A model generated the notes under the pieces. That model was not told the origin of the DNA and made no database searches. It saw only the letters and a list, made by a program, of their open reading frames with translations. Below, in pieces: positions 28,001 through 41,784 of a stretch of 64,000 nucleotides of DNA. Position 1 is the first letter of the stretch, and every line of letters starts with the position of its first letter. Source of the DNA: Sphagnum compactum (taxonomy: Eukaryota); the NCBI GenBank assembly GCA_965153455.1, contig OZ234493.1, positions 26,588,213-26,652,212 of the forward strand. Reading direction: 5' to 3'. Made by a program: the position numbers and the translations under genes.

Positions 28001-31000
28001 TAATAATATCTAGTTTAATTTTGTGTTGTGTTAGTTCTGGTGGAATCCCTTTTAGATCTTTATATGTCCATGTAAAAAAATCTTTGAACTCCTTCAATAG
28101 TTGCTCCACTTCCAACATTTTGCTTATTTCTAGCCGTGCATTGATTTTCACCATCTGTGGTTTTGCATGAGTTCGTAGGTTGAGCTTCATCAATTGTTGG
28201 TCTTTAGTTAACGTCCATCCAGTTATTTGCAATTCTTGTGCTTTTATTTTTGCTAGAGTTTTGTCCACTACAACACTCCCTGGCTGATGATTATAATACA
28301 TTTCAAGATACACCTTATCCTCCAAAGCTACTTCTGGTTCATATCTATTGTTAGTTGTCTTTTGTTCTATGATCCATACCCCTGATTTTAGCTTTGAATT
28401 ACTAGTCTTATCACTAGTATCCATGATCTCCACATCTATGGTTTCCATGGATTAAATTGTCTCAAGTAAACTAATTGTTCCTATTGAGAACAATTTTGGC
28501 TTTGTAGCAAACATGATATCTTCTTCTTCATATGTGATACCATTTTGATAGTCGTAACATAGTAACATTTATGGTCTTCTTGCTTCACCTCCCAAACGCT
28601 TGGTGACGATAATTGTTTTGACTATCCCATTCCCTTGTATGGTAACAATGTTACTCCCCCAATCATGTGCCACTTTAGCAACCTTCAACCATGGTCTTCC
28701 CAACAACATGGAATAACTAGAATCTACCACATTTTTTTGAAATATAATAAACATATTTATCTAAGGAATGTCGTGAACATATGTCTTTAGATCTTTAATC
28801 AAACCCACTAGTTTTGTGGTTGTTTAATCTACCATCCTCAAATTATATGGTGTAAGTTTAACCTTTGGAAGCCCTAACCCCAACCTCAATCTCAATTGTT
28901 TTATGATGATATTAACTCTAGAACCTCCATCCCGTAACACATACTCTATTGTATTCTTCCCTAATAAGTATTTGGATAACTATTATATGATTATCTATTG
29001 CTACAACAGTTGTCCCTACTTTTGGTATTAAAGAACTAACTTGTTTCTCTATGGTTGATCTACTCAGATTTTGAGTTTTTTCTAGTTTTAACTTCTACCA
29101 AAAATACCTCTTTAACTCTAAGAGCTAGTTTAAACAATTGTCCCAAGTTTAAAGGATAACTTTTTTTTAGCATTTGCTTATTAATATCTTGAAAAATCTC
29201 TTTCACTATAATCAATTTTTCTTATGAATTCACTACCTCCTAAGATTTTTGTGCTTTTATAAGAATAGTATTTGGCATATCCGGCCAGGTTGTGTTCCAT
29301 CCCTCCATGGATGTGGATGGCCCTTTTGTCTCGGTCTGTGTTTTCTGAATCTATTGAATCGTCTCCACCATTGACTTCTTCAACCGTTTTTCTTTCTCCC
29401 AATTAGCAACACTCTTTGCTTTCCTTAGCTCTCTATCCTTGAACACGTGTTAGTTAGTTGTCTTACTTCTTGTTATAACATTAACATCCACCACATTCAC
29501 ATCTGTAATGACTATTTTTATTTTAAGAATAGGTTGAATTTTTGTTATTGTCATAGATTTCCCATGAAACATTTTTTGCATTCAATAAATTTTTGACAAT
29601 CTGTCATTTTATGTCCATTCAAACCACATATGTGGCATGCATATGAAAATGTCTTTTGTGGTTTTTGATTTTGTTGTGCTGCCTCTATGGCTGCCACTGT
29701 GATCTACTCCTTCTTTCTGCATGTCTCCACATTGTGATTATTCATGTCACAAACTGTCACTTTTCCTTATATTACTTTGTGTTTGTGGTGGTGTTTTCTG
29801 TTTAGTATTTTGTTGTATTGAAAGTGCACTCCTTGCTTTGGCAGTAGTCATTTCTTCCTCACACAACATCAACGCCTCCTTATGTTATAGTGTTGACCGC
29901 TTCATCCCTGCTGTCGCAATTCCAAGGTATGTTTGCAAGCCCACCTTAAACTTAGTAGTCAAGAAACAAACTATGGTTGGTACTATGAGAGGTTTTAGGA
30001 TTTTAGGGTTTATGGAGTAAACCTCCACCCTCTAAGTTTCCTCCTACTTCATATTCTTTAGCTCCATGTATATGTGCTTATCATTATGAGTCTTTCAATG
30101 ACATTTACAAAATGCTTGTGTAAGCTCCGAAAAAATACAGTTAGGTAATTTTTACATGTAATTGTGGCACTAGTCTGATGTTGTATCTCTTAGCATGTAG
30201 TTAAAACGCATTGATGATATACTCTTTAAAGGTTTCTGCATTTGCCTTCACTGCATAATTAAACATTTTGACATGAACATTTAGGTCAATATCTTTTTAA
30301 AGTCAAGGTACTTAAAAGCTATCCTGTTTGGTGTCACAGAATGACCATTCCTATTATCGAGGATTCCTACAATTATGCTAAATGGTTTTTGATATCCTCC
30401 TCCTAGAATTCTAACATATGTACTTTTGACCCTCCAACAACTTTAGTAGTTGTTACTAGTTATCTCGAACTTCTACTCAAATTCCTTCCCGCCAAAACCC
30501 CTCTCGATCCATGACCCAAGTTCATTGCAAATCCAATTAATATTCCACCTCTGACAATATTTGTGGCAAGTACAACAACAATTCCCCTTCCTGTGGTTGG
30601 TATTACAACATTAAATGGTCAAGTAACCTTTATTCCAACAGGTTGCTTCCGGATTTCAACAACTGCCACTTCTAACACTCTTGGTGAAGTTGAGGTGACT
30701 CAAGTTTGACGATTCCTCATTTTGTGGTTACCCATTAGGGTGGAATCACAATAACATGTACCATAGCAAGTGTAACGCTTGTTTGGTTTTTTCATGTTTT
30801 AAAGTTGTAATTTCATTTGATGTTGAAATTGCAATATTTGCTTATATAGTTGTATTTTTAATATATCCTGGGAACATATGAATCAATTTGAAATTAATCC
30901 AATGAGTAAACAATTAACAATAAAATTGTGCAAATTTCACTATAAATCAATTTTTTCCTGGTCATATTTTTGAGTTCTTTATTTGCTAGGCATATGGTAG

Positions 31001-31984
31001 ACCATTTGGTTGTGTTATTTATCATTTTTTTTCATGTGCTGTTGAAGGTTTTCCAAATGAGTAATTCATTGAGTTTAATTTTTTTCATAACTTTGATATA
31101 TCATCCATTTATTGAAAGTATGTGACCCATTTTTTTGGGAAATATAATTTCCATTAAATTTTCATTTAGGAAGGTTGGGATGAAAGATCTTATCATTGAA
31201 GTTAATTTGAAATCAACAAAAATAGAAAAGGTAATGAAAAAAAAGTATTATTTCATATTTATATTATTTATATTTAAAAATGAATAATATATATTTTATC
31301 TAAATAATTTTCATTAATATTTTATAATTTTTTGAAAATTATTTTTAAAAGATTGTTCATTAAAAGAAAAGTGTCAATTTGCGATTGTAATTTGTGATTA
31401 TAAATAAGTTGCAATCAACATATGTGATTAAAAATCCATTCATTGCATAAGTGAAGTCACATCCAATGTTTAATCACAAATGATGATTCACTACGATTTT
31501 AACACATTCCACATGGATGATGTACATGGTCTCATCTTGATCATTTGTATGCAATTTGCAACTAATCCTCATGTTTTGTAACTAAAATATAACCCACTCA
31601 CATATTGCCATTTGTGTAATCAAAATTTGCCATTTGGCAATAATTGAAATATGCCATGTGACATTTTTAAAAACTTCAAAACTCAATTTATGTAGGTGGG
31701 TAGGTAGGTCGATAAGCACGTTGGTAGGTAAGGAATAGGTAGGTAAGTGGATTTTAAAATTTAATTTTATGTTTAGCCTTTAGGGTTAAACCTTTTTATT
31801 GGTTCATCCCAAATAAGATCCTTCAAAAACATAAACCTACTTACCTACCTATGTACCCACTTAACTTATTGATTTACCTTTCTAACCTACCAACCTAATT
31901 AATCTAATCATTCATATATATATATAATTAACCTACTTACCAACTAATACTTAGTTTAACTTATTATCTAACCTAACTTACTAT

Positions 31985-34173
31985 CACTAGTATAAAAGTG
32001 GGGTGTAGTTCGGTTAACCTAAATCACTATGGGATTTTAAAATGAAATAAATTCACTGCATTTCAGTGATTTCACCCTGGTTAGAATTATTTCACTATAA
32101 TATCATTATGTAAACATTGTATTTCAATACTAGTTGACATAATTCACTATTATAATTTTCTATGATAATTAATTTTAATTTTATGTTGTTGTTTTAAATA
32201 CCCTACGTTACTTTATGATATACCTTATATTATTTTAGGTTAACTTAATTATTCTAACTTATATCCTAAGTTATTATAATTATTATATACTATTATAAAT
32301 TATTATACCCTAAATTATTATATGTAATTTTACCTTAAAGTATCTTAGCTAGCTTATTATAGGTTTTTTATTTTAGTGATTTTAAATTAATTTATTCAAC
32401 TAACCTTAGGCTAAACCTTAGGTTATTTTATTTTAAATTAATAAATGTTATTTCAAGTTATACTTTAGGTTATTCAAGGTCATTCTACTTTATGTTATTA
32501 TAAGTTATTTTATTTTAAGTATAAAAATTTAAAATAATATAAAATAAAATATAATGACATAAGGTAAAATAACCTATACTAAAATAATTACCAATAGCTA
32601 TGATAATATAGCCTAGAATATCCAACAATCGCTTATAATAAAATAACCATAAATAATCGTAATATAACCTAGAATACCAAAAAATAGACACTAATAAAAT
32701 AACCACTAATAGGCACCAATAGAATAACCATCAATAGCCACCAATAAGATAAAAACCAATGGCCCATAATAAAATAATCAACAATAGCCACTGATAGAAT
32801 AACCACCAAAGCCACTAATAGCCTATGGTAATTTAACCACAAATAACCACCAATAACCATTAATAAAATAACCATCAATAGAATATTCAACAATAGCCAT
32901 TAATAAAATAACTCCATCAATAACCATTAGTAGCCTATGGTAATTTAGCCTAAAATAACCACCAATAGCCATTAATAGCCACCAATAAAATAGCCATCGA
33001 TGGCCCCCACTAGAATAACCACCAAACCAATAGCTTTTAATAAAATATATTAATAGAATAGGCACCAATAGGCACAAATAGCTTACGGTAATATAACCTT
33101 CAATAGCCAATAGTAATTAACAATAGCTTCACATAGTCGAAAATAACCTAAGATGAAATAACTTAGAATAACCAAAAAAATTTATAATAGCCAAAAAAAC
33201 ATAGAATAATAAAAAATAACCAAAAATAACATAAAATAGCCAAGAGTAGCTTAGAGTAACCGAAAGTAACCTAGGGTGAAATAGTAAAAATAACTGAAAA
33301 TAGTCATAAATAACTGTAAATAATGTAAGGTGAAATAACTTAGAACAATGAAAAATAGCCCTAGAATAACTAAAAGTAATTTAACATAGGTAGTATTATT
33401 ATATTAGCAAAAATCTTATCCATTTATTAAACATTTTTTTTCAAAAGAATGATCATTGAAATATTATTGAATTATGATATTCAAAAAAATAAAAATTAAA
33501 ATGATTTTACACTTTCAAAAGGAAATAAATGTAATTATATGCATTATTGGAATTTAAAAAAAAATGAATCATTTCATTTGGAAAAAAAATCTCAATAAAA
33601 TATGTATTTTCAATGTTTTATAATGTTTAAAATGAAGTATTTCATAAATAGAATGCAATGTAACACATTATCACAACAAGTGTGGTGGCTTGATGGTAGG
33701 GGTGTTTGCTTCCATTTTAATGGTCAAGGGAACAAACCACAATTGGTGTGTTTGTGGTCAACAATGGAAAATTTTTCAAATATTTTCCTATGTAGTGCTC
33801 TAGAGTAGATCTACCTACTTAAGTTCATTACATGGCTATGTACTTAAGCTAGGATTTTAACCTAACATGAGTAGTGACAAGTGTCAATAATTCATAGGTT
33901 GAAAATCATGAAATTATCAAAAATATTAAATATTACATTAAATATTAAATAATTTAAATTTAATTGATTTCCATGTTGTTTAATTAATTAACTAGTAAAT
34001 GAAATGGCTTGGTAAATTTTTATTTCACTTGAAAGTTACCTTGTTTCACTAGGTATTAATGGATCAATTCATTGTCTATTACAACTGGTCCTTATTCACC
34101 ATGGTAATAATGTCCAAATTCACTTAAAATTTAGTGAAACCTAGAGTGAACTAGGATGCATTTTAGTGTAGTG
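31985..34173. mobile_element. Non-autonomous CACTA-type element
   Basis: CACTAGTATAAAA at 31985 and TTTTAGTGTAGTG ending at 34173. The 3-bp flanks are TAT/CAT (TSD with one mismatch). TTCAC/GTGAA subterminal repeats occur at both ends. Confidence 0.65.
32225..33385. repeat. AATAACC/AATAGCC minisatellite inside the CACTA element
   Basis: T-rich GGTTATT units run 32225-32515, then the A-rich complement runs 32520-33385. Confidence 0.85.
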
Positions 34174-34249
34174 CATCTATTAACCTAATTTATTACATAT
34201 TAATTAACCTAGCCTATGTTGCACCTAGGTTAAGCCCACATGGCATTTA

Positions 34250-34585
34250 TGCCTTGACTTAAACATTGGTTAAACAAAAATTTGGCTAAATAAAAAATTG
34301 TTTAATATTGAGTATATTAAAACTTGAATAAACCTTAGTTAAACTTTGGTTAAAACTTGGATAAACGTTAGCTAAACATTGGTTAAACCTTGACTAAATT
34401 AAATCTATTTATGTAAACCTTAATTAAACCTTGGCTAAACAATAATTAAACCAAAATGTGGTTACAATTTGATTAAACATTAGTTAAATTAAAACTTGGC
34501 TAAACATTGGCAAAACAAAAATTAACTAAATTTCAGTTAAATCTTGGTTAAACTAAAACCTAGCTAAACCTTGGCAAATTAAAAC
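34250..34585. repeat. TAAAC(C/A)TTGG(T/C) minisatellite
   Basis: Many imperfect copies of a ~12-bp unit. Confidence 0.8.
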
Positions 34586-35039
34586 TCATCAGTAATTAAT
34601 AATTAATAAAAAAAATTATTATTTGTTGTCAGTAGTTCCATAATTATTATTAATTAGTTATAAACTAATTGATAATGAAATAACTAACTAATGATTTATT
34701 AGATCAAGTATACTGATAATAAAAATCAAGGTTATTATATTTTAATTAAATATTGATTAATTAATATTGATTAATTATGAAAAATTATTTGCAAATGTAA
34801 ACAATTAGTTACTAATATAACGAAACTAATTAATTAACTTGTAATTAATAATAGATCTATTTATTAAATATAAGATGTGATTAAAATTTATTAATCTTAA
34901 ATTTTTAGGTACATATTTTATTTACCAAATAATTAGGTTAATTTAATCACCTAATTACATGCCTACCTATTTAGCCCATCCACAATATATGCAAAATGTA
35001 TACTTGACATGCCTTAAATACAAAACAGTTATAAACATA

Positions 35040-35345
35040 TTTACGATATTCTAAAACATTCTAATGTACATCAAAAGTATAGGTGCACCACATAGAGGCA
35101 ACCAAGTTATAACTTCTTTTGTAACTAATTTGATATAAAAGGTTTTTTTGTTATGAAAAGCCCAAAAAGTTAGTCAATAGGAAAAATGGAAGATGCACAA
35201 TTAGTTGTATTATAGTTGCAATAATAATAATAGATTGAAAATGATGGTGACTAGTTGTAAAAATGACAAAACATAATTGCAAATGACAATTAATTGTTTA
35301 TAGTCACAAATTGAATGGTTGCATAATAGAAGCTTTTTTCTAGTG
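35040..35345. mobile_element. Right end of an older CACTA-type element
   Basis: GTTGCA-type subterminal repeats end in AGCTTTTTTCTAGTG at 35345. The matching left end was not identified. Confidence 0.45.
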
Positions 35346-35879
35346 GTTTTAGATCCTTGATTTCTACACCTATTTAAATGTTGTATTTGGTTGATATAAT
35401 TATTCATAAAATTTAATAATGTTAAATTTCCCATACATAATTTTATTCAATTCATTGCATAAACAAGTCATCCAAATTTGTGGAATAAACATTTTGTGTA
35501 TTTTAGGGGTTGGAGGATTTTGGTGAAGAGATGCCAAATGCCTTGATTATTTAAATTATGATTTTTCTTGGGTAGGTTGTTTTTTTTCACATAAAATGAC
35601 CTATTATATACCATGCTATGAATTCACAATGTGTTCCCAACTTGTTTCAAACTTCCCAATGGGTCCCCATGATGTTCCCATGTTCTCAAGGTGTTCCCAA
35701 TAACACTTCAATTACCCCAAAGTTCTCCTCTTTTCACTTATGTAGGTAAACTAAAGGAAAAATAATCCATCTTCAAATACAAATTGCTAATTTCAAAAAT
35801 TGTGACAAATGCGAACATTAGACACCATCTTTCAATGGATGGAATTCATAATGTCATTATGGACACCATAATGTTCATC

Positions 35880-36270
35880 CATAATTCCTAGTTAAATCCT
35901 AGTTAACTTTTAACTAAATCATAGTTAATTTCCAATTAAGTTTAGTTAAATCCGAGTTCACTCTTAATTAATTTTTAGCTAGATCCCAATTAAATTTTAA
36001 TTAACTCCTAGTAGTTAAATCCTAGTTAACTCCCAATTAAATAATAATCAACTCCAAATTAAGTCCTAGTTAACTCCAAGTAATTAAGTTTTAGTGAACT
36101 CCCAATAGTTAAATCCTAGTTGACTCCCAATGAAGTCTTAATTAACTCCCAATAATTAAATTCTAGTTAACTCCCAATAGTTAAATTTGAGTTAATTCCC
36201 AATTAAATTTTAATTAACTTTTAGTTAAGTTCGAGTTAACTTTTAGTTAACTCATAGCCGATTCTCAGTT
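35880..36270. repeat. ~22-bp minisatellite (GTTAACTCCCAATTAAATCCTA-like)
   Basis: Direct tandem units are visible. Confidence 0.85.
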
Positions 36271-37284
36271 AGGAAGGTTATCTATAAACTTCTTTATTTG
36301 ATGCACACATGGAAACCTCCTTGGAAGCTTCTTTGAGCTAGGTCCCCAAAGGTGTATAAATAAAAGTAGGACCCTTCATTTCTTTCAATTTGTTCAACAC
36401 CAGATTTAGGCACGATCTTGCACCATAACCTTGTCATGTTCTTTTCATATTCAGGTTTATATATTTTAGCATAATAAAGATTCGTTTTTACGTTTGTTTT
36501 GCACATTTCAAACAAGAAACAAGACAAGACTTAAACCTTTCCTTTAGTATTTGTTCTTGTGTTTTTGTGTGTCTTTAACAAGAACCTCCCATCTTTCAAT
36601 TTTTTTTAGTGATGGGCCAAAAAAATGATCCATTGAAAAAGAAACTAGTTCATATCCTATTATTACCTTTTTTTAATATACAGATATTCAAGTCATCATA
36701 AATTTAATTCTAATTTTTTGTTTGCATCAAATTTTGATACCCTATATTTATTTATTTTTAATTTTTAATATTTGACTAAAAAGAAAGAACACATGATGAC
36801 CCCATTGTTCAACGATTTGAAAGATGTAATGAAAGGAATACAATTGGCAATTGACAATTGATGAACATATATAATCTACTTTCTAAAAAGTAATTTATGC
36901 TTGCATTCGTTGTAGTCAAGATTTCTGCTTAAATGGTGCATAAATAGAACTATCTCATTTATTGGTACTAGTTCATTTAATAAGTTATTAATTGAATTGC
37001 AATCTATTGGTGCTAATTGAATAAATTAATTAATGGTCCAAGTTCACTTACTAACTTGCAAACATTAACACCTATTTTTTAAATACATATGTTCAAATTT
37101 AAAAAATTAACAAAAAATTTGCGGATCAACATATACGTTACATTAATTATAAAATGGCTTTCAAATTAAATGTAATTCTATTATATAATTAATTGAAATA
37201 TATATATTTTATCCAACAACTAATATATGGCACTTTATATTTTTACTCACATATTTTCTATATTCAAAGAAGAATGTGCCCCCC

Positions 37285-37553
37285 AAGCATTGTTGTTTTC
37301 TTGTAGTTTTTCAATGTTGCTAGAAGGATGATCATTAATAACAAGCTTTTCGCCACACTATAGAATAAATTTCATTTAAGATTATTTTGAAAATCCTTCT
37401 ATGTTATGCCTAAATAGAAATTTGGTGGTTTTAATTTTTTTTTGAAATCTAGTGAATGTAAGTCATTTTTTTCCCCAAAAAATCATTTGTTGACATTGTT
37501 GGGTCATTTTGTTTTTATGAAATGGTAAAAATTTGCCACATTAAAAAACACTA
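37285..37553. mobile_element. Short AT-rich MITE-like insertion with a related copy at ~47520-47765
   Basis: Ends AAAATTTGCCACATTAAAAAACACTA, against AAAATTAGCCAATCTAAAAAACTA near 47760. It splits a repeat (TGTGCCCCC...CCCTTGGG) that is uninterrupted at ~15777-15790. Confidence 0.5.
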
Positions 37554-39611
37554 CCCTTGGGGCTAAATGACTAATACAGGTGTTGGAGAATTGAAAATCA
37601 AAATTTATTTGTGTGAAGTCTAAGTTTTCTTTTTAATTAATTTTTTTAAAACTTGAACAACAATTACATCAAATAAGAACAATTTTGCAAATGATTAAGC
37701 TAAGGACTTTCCTAAGTAAAAAAATTTAATGATAAAAAAAATTGAACGATAATAACTTATAACTTTAAAATCACAATTTAAAAGATGTGAAATTTTGAAT
37801 TTCAAAAGTCTTTTATCATATGTAAATAAACTATAATGTACATGATATATAAAAGAAAGTTATAACTTATAATACAGAAACCACAATTTAAAATAATTAA
37901 TATATTTTGATCTACTTTGAAATTGTGATTGTTTTTTAAATGAAAAGGAAAATCTAACAAAGTTTACGCATTTAAAAAGTTCATATTATTGAACAATGAT
38001 TAATAAAAAGAATGACATATTGGACAACTATATTTGTTTTTAATAACAAGTTGCAAAAGATTTCATTCAAAAAAATATTATATGCAAAAATTATTTTTGC
38101 ACAAAATGACTCATAGTCATGAAATAAAGCAAACATGTTGGCTCATTTGAGTAGGGGCTCAAAAGATGATGACTTGTTTTTCCCAATGAAGTTGTTGGTT
38201 TTGCAAGTGTCCCCTTTCAAGAGTGAAGGATCTGTAAACTTGGAATTGGCAAACAAAAATGCTCACAATATTGAAATTTGCAATAAGAAAAGTAAATTAT
38301 CTCAACAATGTCAACATGAAGAAGACAAAGGGAGGGAGGAAAATAATAAGTCACATGTTTATGTATATAAACTTTGGATGAAAATTGCTAGCCACCTTTT
38401 TCTTCAAGCACATTTAAGATCACCGTGGTCTATTTGTAGGTTTCTATAGTCTATTTCATATAGGTTGGCATGAGATGAACATTTGTATTTGTGGCATATA
38501 CCATGTGGCACTTTGTCAAACACCTAGTGAAATGTCATCCCATCCCAAATTTGGTATTTGGTGAAGTATATTTTTTCCAAAAACATTCCATGAAAAAGAA
38601 CATTTGACAAAATTGGAATATTTTTATTTTAAAAATATCTTATAACAATGTCATATGTTTGTTTGGTTGAGGATGGAATATTCTTATGTGTTTCAAGAAT
38701 TGCTTTTAGTTGACATTTTCAATCTATCTCATTTTATGTTTAAAACGACCAAATATCAAACTTGCAATTGTAAAAAATGCCCAAATAATCTTTAAACAAA
38801 ATTTTTCTTGATTTTGAACGATAAATTGTTTACAAAATGGGGTCAAATATTTTGATAAGCAAAAGATCCTACTTGGGATATTAGCTCATGGTCTCACATA
38901 TAACAAGTTGTACTTTTGTAGGCTCAATTTGATAATTAAGAACTTTTGGGGGTAAGATTATGCATACTTTTCCTAACTATCTTTTGTAAGGGATTGGAAA
39001 TTTAAAGAACATCATGAATGACATCATGTTATTAACAAATTTTAATTTAATTTAATTTAATTTAATTTATTTTTGAAAAAGGAAAAAAAATCGTCAGATA
39101 CGTCGAATATGGTAAGCATTTCAGTGTAAATTCACACTGTCCTGACATTTTACATGTGGGAATCTGAAATGTGTTTGCATGCTCAATTGCCTCTTTAGAA
39201 ACTGGCAGAAATTTTTTAGTGTATTTGTAGGACACCTTATGCACCAGAATTTCTGCTTGGCAAAGGGTGGGTGTTTTGATAAGCAAAATGCCCACTGTAG
39301 TGAGAATTTCATTTACCGTACGTAGCCTAGGGTCAGTTTCCACATTGACAAAAAGAATAATTATTTATTTTTAAAAAATGAATTCGTTTTTTAATTTTGA
39401 AATTCTTATTATTTTTCATCATCCACTATAATATTGTAATATGAGTAGTGAAATTATTCAGAGTGTAGTTTATGATAATTATAATGACTTTCAACATGTC
39501 AACTTCATATTTTCACAAAATTTCATTTCGTTATTTTGAGGATTATTTAATGATGAAACTGACCTCAAGGTAAGGTATTTAATGTTTTTTCGTGTGATAC
39601 TTGGCAGATAC

Positions 39612-40126
39612 CGTAGCGGCAAGGGAATTCACCCCCAAGCGCCACGAATAATTAATTTCGAAAGTTTTGAGGTTTCGCTAAGGCAATTTCGAATTTAACA
39701 ACATTTCGCGACCGTCTTCCCAGATATAATTTCCATTTTCTCCCGTTGTGAAACAGTTTCTAGGTATGCACCGCGTTGTGGCTGGTAGGTATCGTACTGA
39801 ATGTCGTCCGATAATGAGCAAGCTCCGATAGACGGTGGAGATGATGCCCTTTTGGAGGGAAGCCGCTTCAAAGAGTGACTTAGTCCAAGGAACCAGTGAC
39901 ACAGGCTCTGAGTCTGAACATTGCGCCACTCTGGTCACTCCAGAGTTCAACTCCAAGCAGCGCTGGTACCGGATCGGATTTTTTGGCAATTTCTCACAAT
40001 TTCTCCTGCGTCACAACAGATTTAATTTCTTCATTTCTCCATTTCTCCCTGCAGGCCCAATTTAGTTTCAAGTTTTTCTCCTTGGCCTGAAATAATTATT
40101 AAAAGATGAATTCCCTTGCCGCTACA
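39612..40126. mobile_element. ~515-bp MITE-like element with 19-bp perfect TIR and apparent 4-bp TSD
   Basis: GTAGCGGCAAGGGAATTCA (39613-39631) is the exact reverse complement of 40107-40125. ATAC flanks both sides (39608-39611, 40127-40130). Confidence 0.8.
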
Positions 40127-41134
40127 ATACTTGAGAGGCGTCACGGGAAAAACAAATTTAAATAATTTTCTGCCAGTGCTTTACATTAGGTTATGCCCAA
40201 GGAGTGGGGCTCTCTGGAAGAAATATGTGCCCCTCCTGAAAGCTTATTTCAGGAACACCCTGCTCCTGGGGTATTACCCTACACACATTTATTCCTCTCT
40301 CAGACAATTTCATATCCAAAGAGAAGATGGTGTTTATCATCCACAAATTTACTACCATCATGTCCTAACTAAGTGTAACAAGGGGTGTGTCACACGGTGG
40401 CCTTGCCATTTACATTAAAAAGTATCTTAAGGCAAAAGAAGAATTATGGAAACTCAAATATATCACCATACAAAACTATAATCTTCAAAAAAATCCTCTA
40501 AAAGAAACCAGAATCCTCCAAGATATTATAACTCTATAACTAATATCTCAAGTTTCAAAACAAGCCAAACTATCATCTTTCAAAAACCCTCATATAAAAA
40601 AAAACCTATTACATAGGTAGTGGCCAAAATCCCTTAAACCACTATACTCTATAATGAATCTAAACACAATAATATTGTTGTCTTGGTAGGCAAGGCCAAC
40701 AACAAATGCAAAGCCAATATGACCAGTCTCTTATTTTTCTTACTCCAATTCCAGCTGACTACACAGGTAAGCACTAAGGCCCCCCCCCCCCCATGTGTGT
40801 GTGTCTAGTCTAGGGTTTACCAGGGGTTAGCAATATGCTTCTGGAAAGAACTCTGGCGGTAGCATTATAGGCTTTACTGTCAATTGCGGGAGTCCCACAC
40901 CCACGTTAAGAGCCTTGGGTCCAGATTCTAGAAGGTCCCAGAGTGTGTTGAACTGGGCCATCTATGGGGCAAGCCCTGGTTCTACTACACAGGGCCAGTT
41001 CCAAGCTCTAGCACAAACCAAGAGCTCCTTCCCCTCCAGGGTCTTGCTTGCCCCGGGGCAGCGGACTTGCTAGGCCCAGAATCGACTCTAGCTGGCTGGC
41101 CCATTCGACGGCTAATGTACATCCTTTTTATCTA

Positions 41135-41296
41135 GTGAAAGAGTGGGAGTTGTCTTTTTGTCTGGTCTCTCTTTTGGTTCTTGTGAAAGAGTGGAGTTGT
41201 CTTTTTTTTTTTTTTTCACTGGTCTCTCTTTGGTTCTTGTGAAAGAGTGGAATTGTCTTTTTTTCTCTGGTCTCTCTTTGGTTCTCGTGAAAGAGT
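41135..41296. repeat. ~48-56-bp tandem repeat, 3 copies plus a partial
   Basis: GTGAAAGAGTGGAGTTGTCTTTT(n)..CTGGTCTCTCTTTGGTTCTT units. Confidence 0.9.
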
Positions 41297-41776
41297 CGAC
41301 CCGCTGAGTTTTTGCTGATGTGGTGAGCCGAGTTTATGGTCACCGCCCATCCACGGTTCCCTTTCCCTTTTGTTATAATACATTTGGGTGTTTATGAGCG
41401 GCTTCTATGCCATGGGGTCCCTATCAGACCACCCTACACAACCATATAATACTCTAGACTATTTCTCCTCTTCTTCTTCTTCTAAATGGGCATTTGCAAA
41501 GGGCTTTTTTCTTCCCTTTTTGGGTGGCCCGAATTTGGCTTTATGAATCTGCAATTTCGTTTTTTTAAAAATATTGTTGCAACAGTCCCCTGTTTGAGAG
41601 GTGTGTTTTGTTTCTCTTTCTAAATTTGCTTGAGAAAATTTGCACTGAAGCAGGATGTGTGTGCACGTGTGTGTGCAGTGTGTGTTGTGACGCTGTTGCT
41701 GGACAATGTTGAGGACCTCTTGTGGCTGAGAGCAGAAGAGGAGATGATATTGATTATGATGCCAGGGGAATACTTG

Positions 41777-41784
41777 TATAAATA
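41777..41784 (+). promoter_or_regulatory. Candidate TATA box (TATAAATA), with a CACGTG G-box at 41664-41669
   Basis: Motif match only, at the start of a non-repetitive region upstream of the IPT gene. Confidence 0.3.

Larger units (their letters stand above)
22664..30700 (-). mobile_element. Degenerate Ty3/Gypsy LTR retrotransposon (probably a non-chromovirus lineage), 5' LTR not found
   Basis: Minus-strand order is gag zinc knuckle CHICGLNGHKMTDC (~29596-29637), protease VLRDGGSRVNI (~28910-28945) and LLGRPWL, RT (YPLPFIDEVL, FMDDFIVYS ~27300-27900), RNase H (VHIDAS..PVVYASRLL ~26850-27140), integrase ([27 protein letters not shown] ~25830-26500). Many stops and frameshifts. Outer limits are approximate. 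Confidence 0.93.

Noticed and set aside
30700-31400. 5' LTR and PBS of the Gypsy element
   Set aside because: No match to 22664-23117 and no recognisable PBS were found.
41135-41296. CRISPR-like regularly spaced repeats
   Set aside because: The units are contiguous with no unique spacers, the context is eukaryotic and there are no cas genes.
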